Assembly: GCF_022539665.2 (NCBI RefSeq)
Contig: NC_081332.1
Span: 2,852,001-2,916,000, forward strand
DNA length: 64,000 nt
Direction: 5' to 3'
Source of the DNA: Daphnia carinata
Taxonomy: Eukaryota
Position 1 is the first letter of the stretch. Each line of letters begins with the position of its first letter. A model generated the notes under the pieces. The model ran no database searches and was not told the DNA's origin. It saw nothing but the letters and a program-made list of their open reading frames with translations. This document shows, piece by piece, positions 63,601-64,000 of this stretch. The position numbers and the translations under genes were made by a program.

Positions 63601-64000
63601 AGACCTCTAAAGACATGGGTTCATCATCATTTTTCTTGCAGTGCGTACAGGAGAAGGCACCGTTCTTGTGCAAGGCCTGGACGTGATACTTGAGCATATT
63701 ATCGTTGACAGTCAAATAGCTGCAACCGTTGGCACCACAAACGTAACGTAGGTGATCTGGAACGAAAGCAGGTTCGAGGGCCTTCTCGGCTGCTATAGCA
63801 TCGTCAAGTGCGTTGGAGTTTTTCATTTTACTCATTCGCTCTTTGGTTGCCGGTTTTTCTTTCACGTGTGAACTGTAAGCCAAGTTGGCCATCTTGTCAA
63901 ACATTTTGCCCTTCGACGGTGTTTCGAGGTGAGGAACTGGGTTGACAGGATCTTGATCAGGAATTAATACCCGAGGAATGATTTCTTCTCCCTCGCTCGA
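60609..64000 (-). CDS. Large multi-C2H2 zinc-finger protein, 5' part outside the window
   Basis: Phase-compatible exons: >64000-63186, 63119-62678, 62610-61471, 61406-61308, 61213-60862 and 60805-60609. There are many C-x2-C-x12-H-x3-5-H fingers (e.g. FKCGHCTFYHWHQQDIEYHLKEKH, YRCKHCKFSAVNEHGINLHWQRIH). Confidence 0.9.

Noticed and set aside
1..64000. CRISPR arrays, rRNA genes, intact transposase or reverse-transcriptase ORFs
   Set aside because: None seen: no regularly spaced direct repeats and no such protein motifs in the ORF track.

Overview
Eukaryotic (arthropod, by inference a cladoceran such as Daphnia) genomic window with short GT-AG introns. The left ~48 kb is CpG-rich, has many homopolymer runs, and holds two large minus-strand neuronal adhesion genes. 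One is a Dpr-family two-Ig-domain gene that runs off the left edge. The other is a complete 15-exon calsyntenin, which carries an antisense nested C1q-domain gene in intron 2. The right part holds compact minus-strand genes: cyclin L (with candidate poison exons), an RNF216-like RBR ubiquitin ligase and a partial multi-C2H2 zinc-finger gene. Between cyclin L and the RBR gene lies an unusual ~6.1 kb accessory block (49602-55700) bounded by TA-flanked inverted repeats. It contains only broken gene pieces: two inverted kinase-like fragments and a truncated intron-containing vasa-like pseudogene with a candidate H/ACA snoRNA. At its centre is a 1739-bp foldback element with ~520-bp near-identical structured arms and three tRNA-like units. 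Both ends of this element join the same nucleotide of the two diverged inverted paralogues. All exon calls were made by hand from splice signals and reading-frame continuity; no searches were run.
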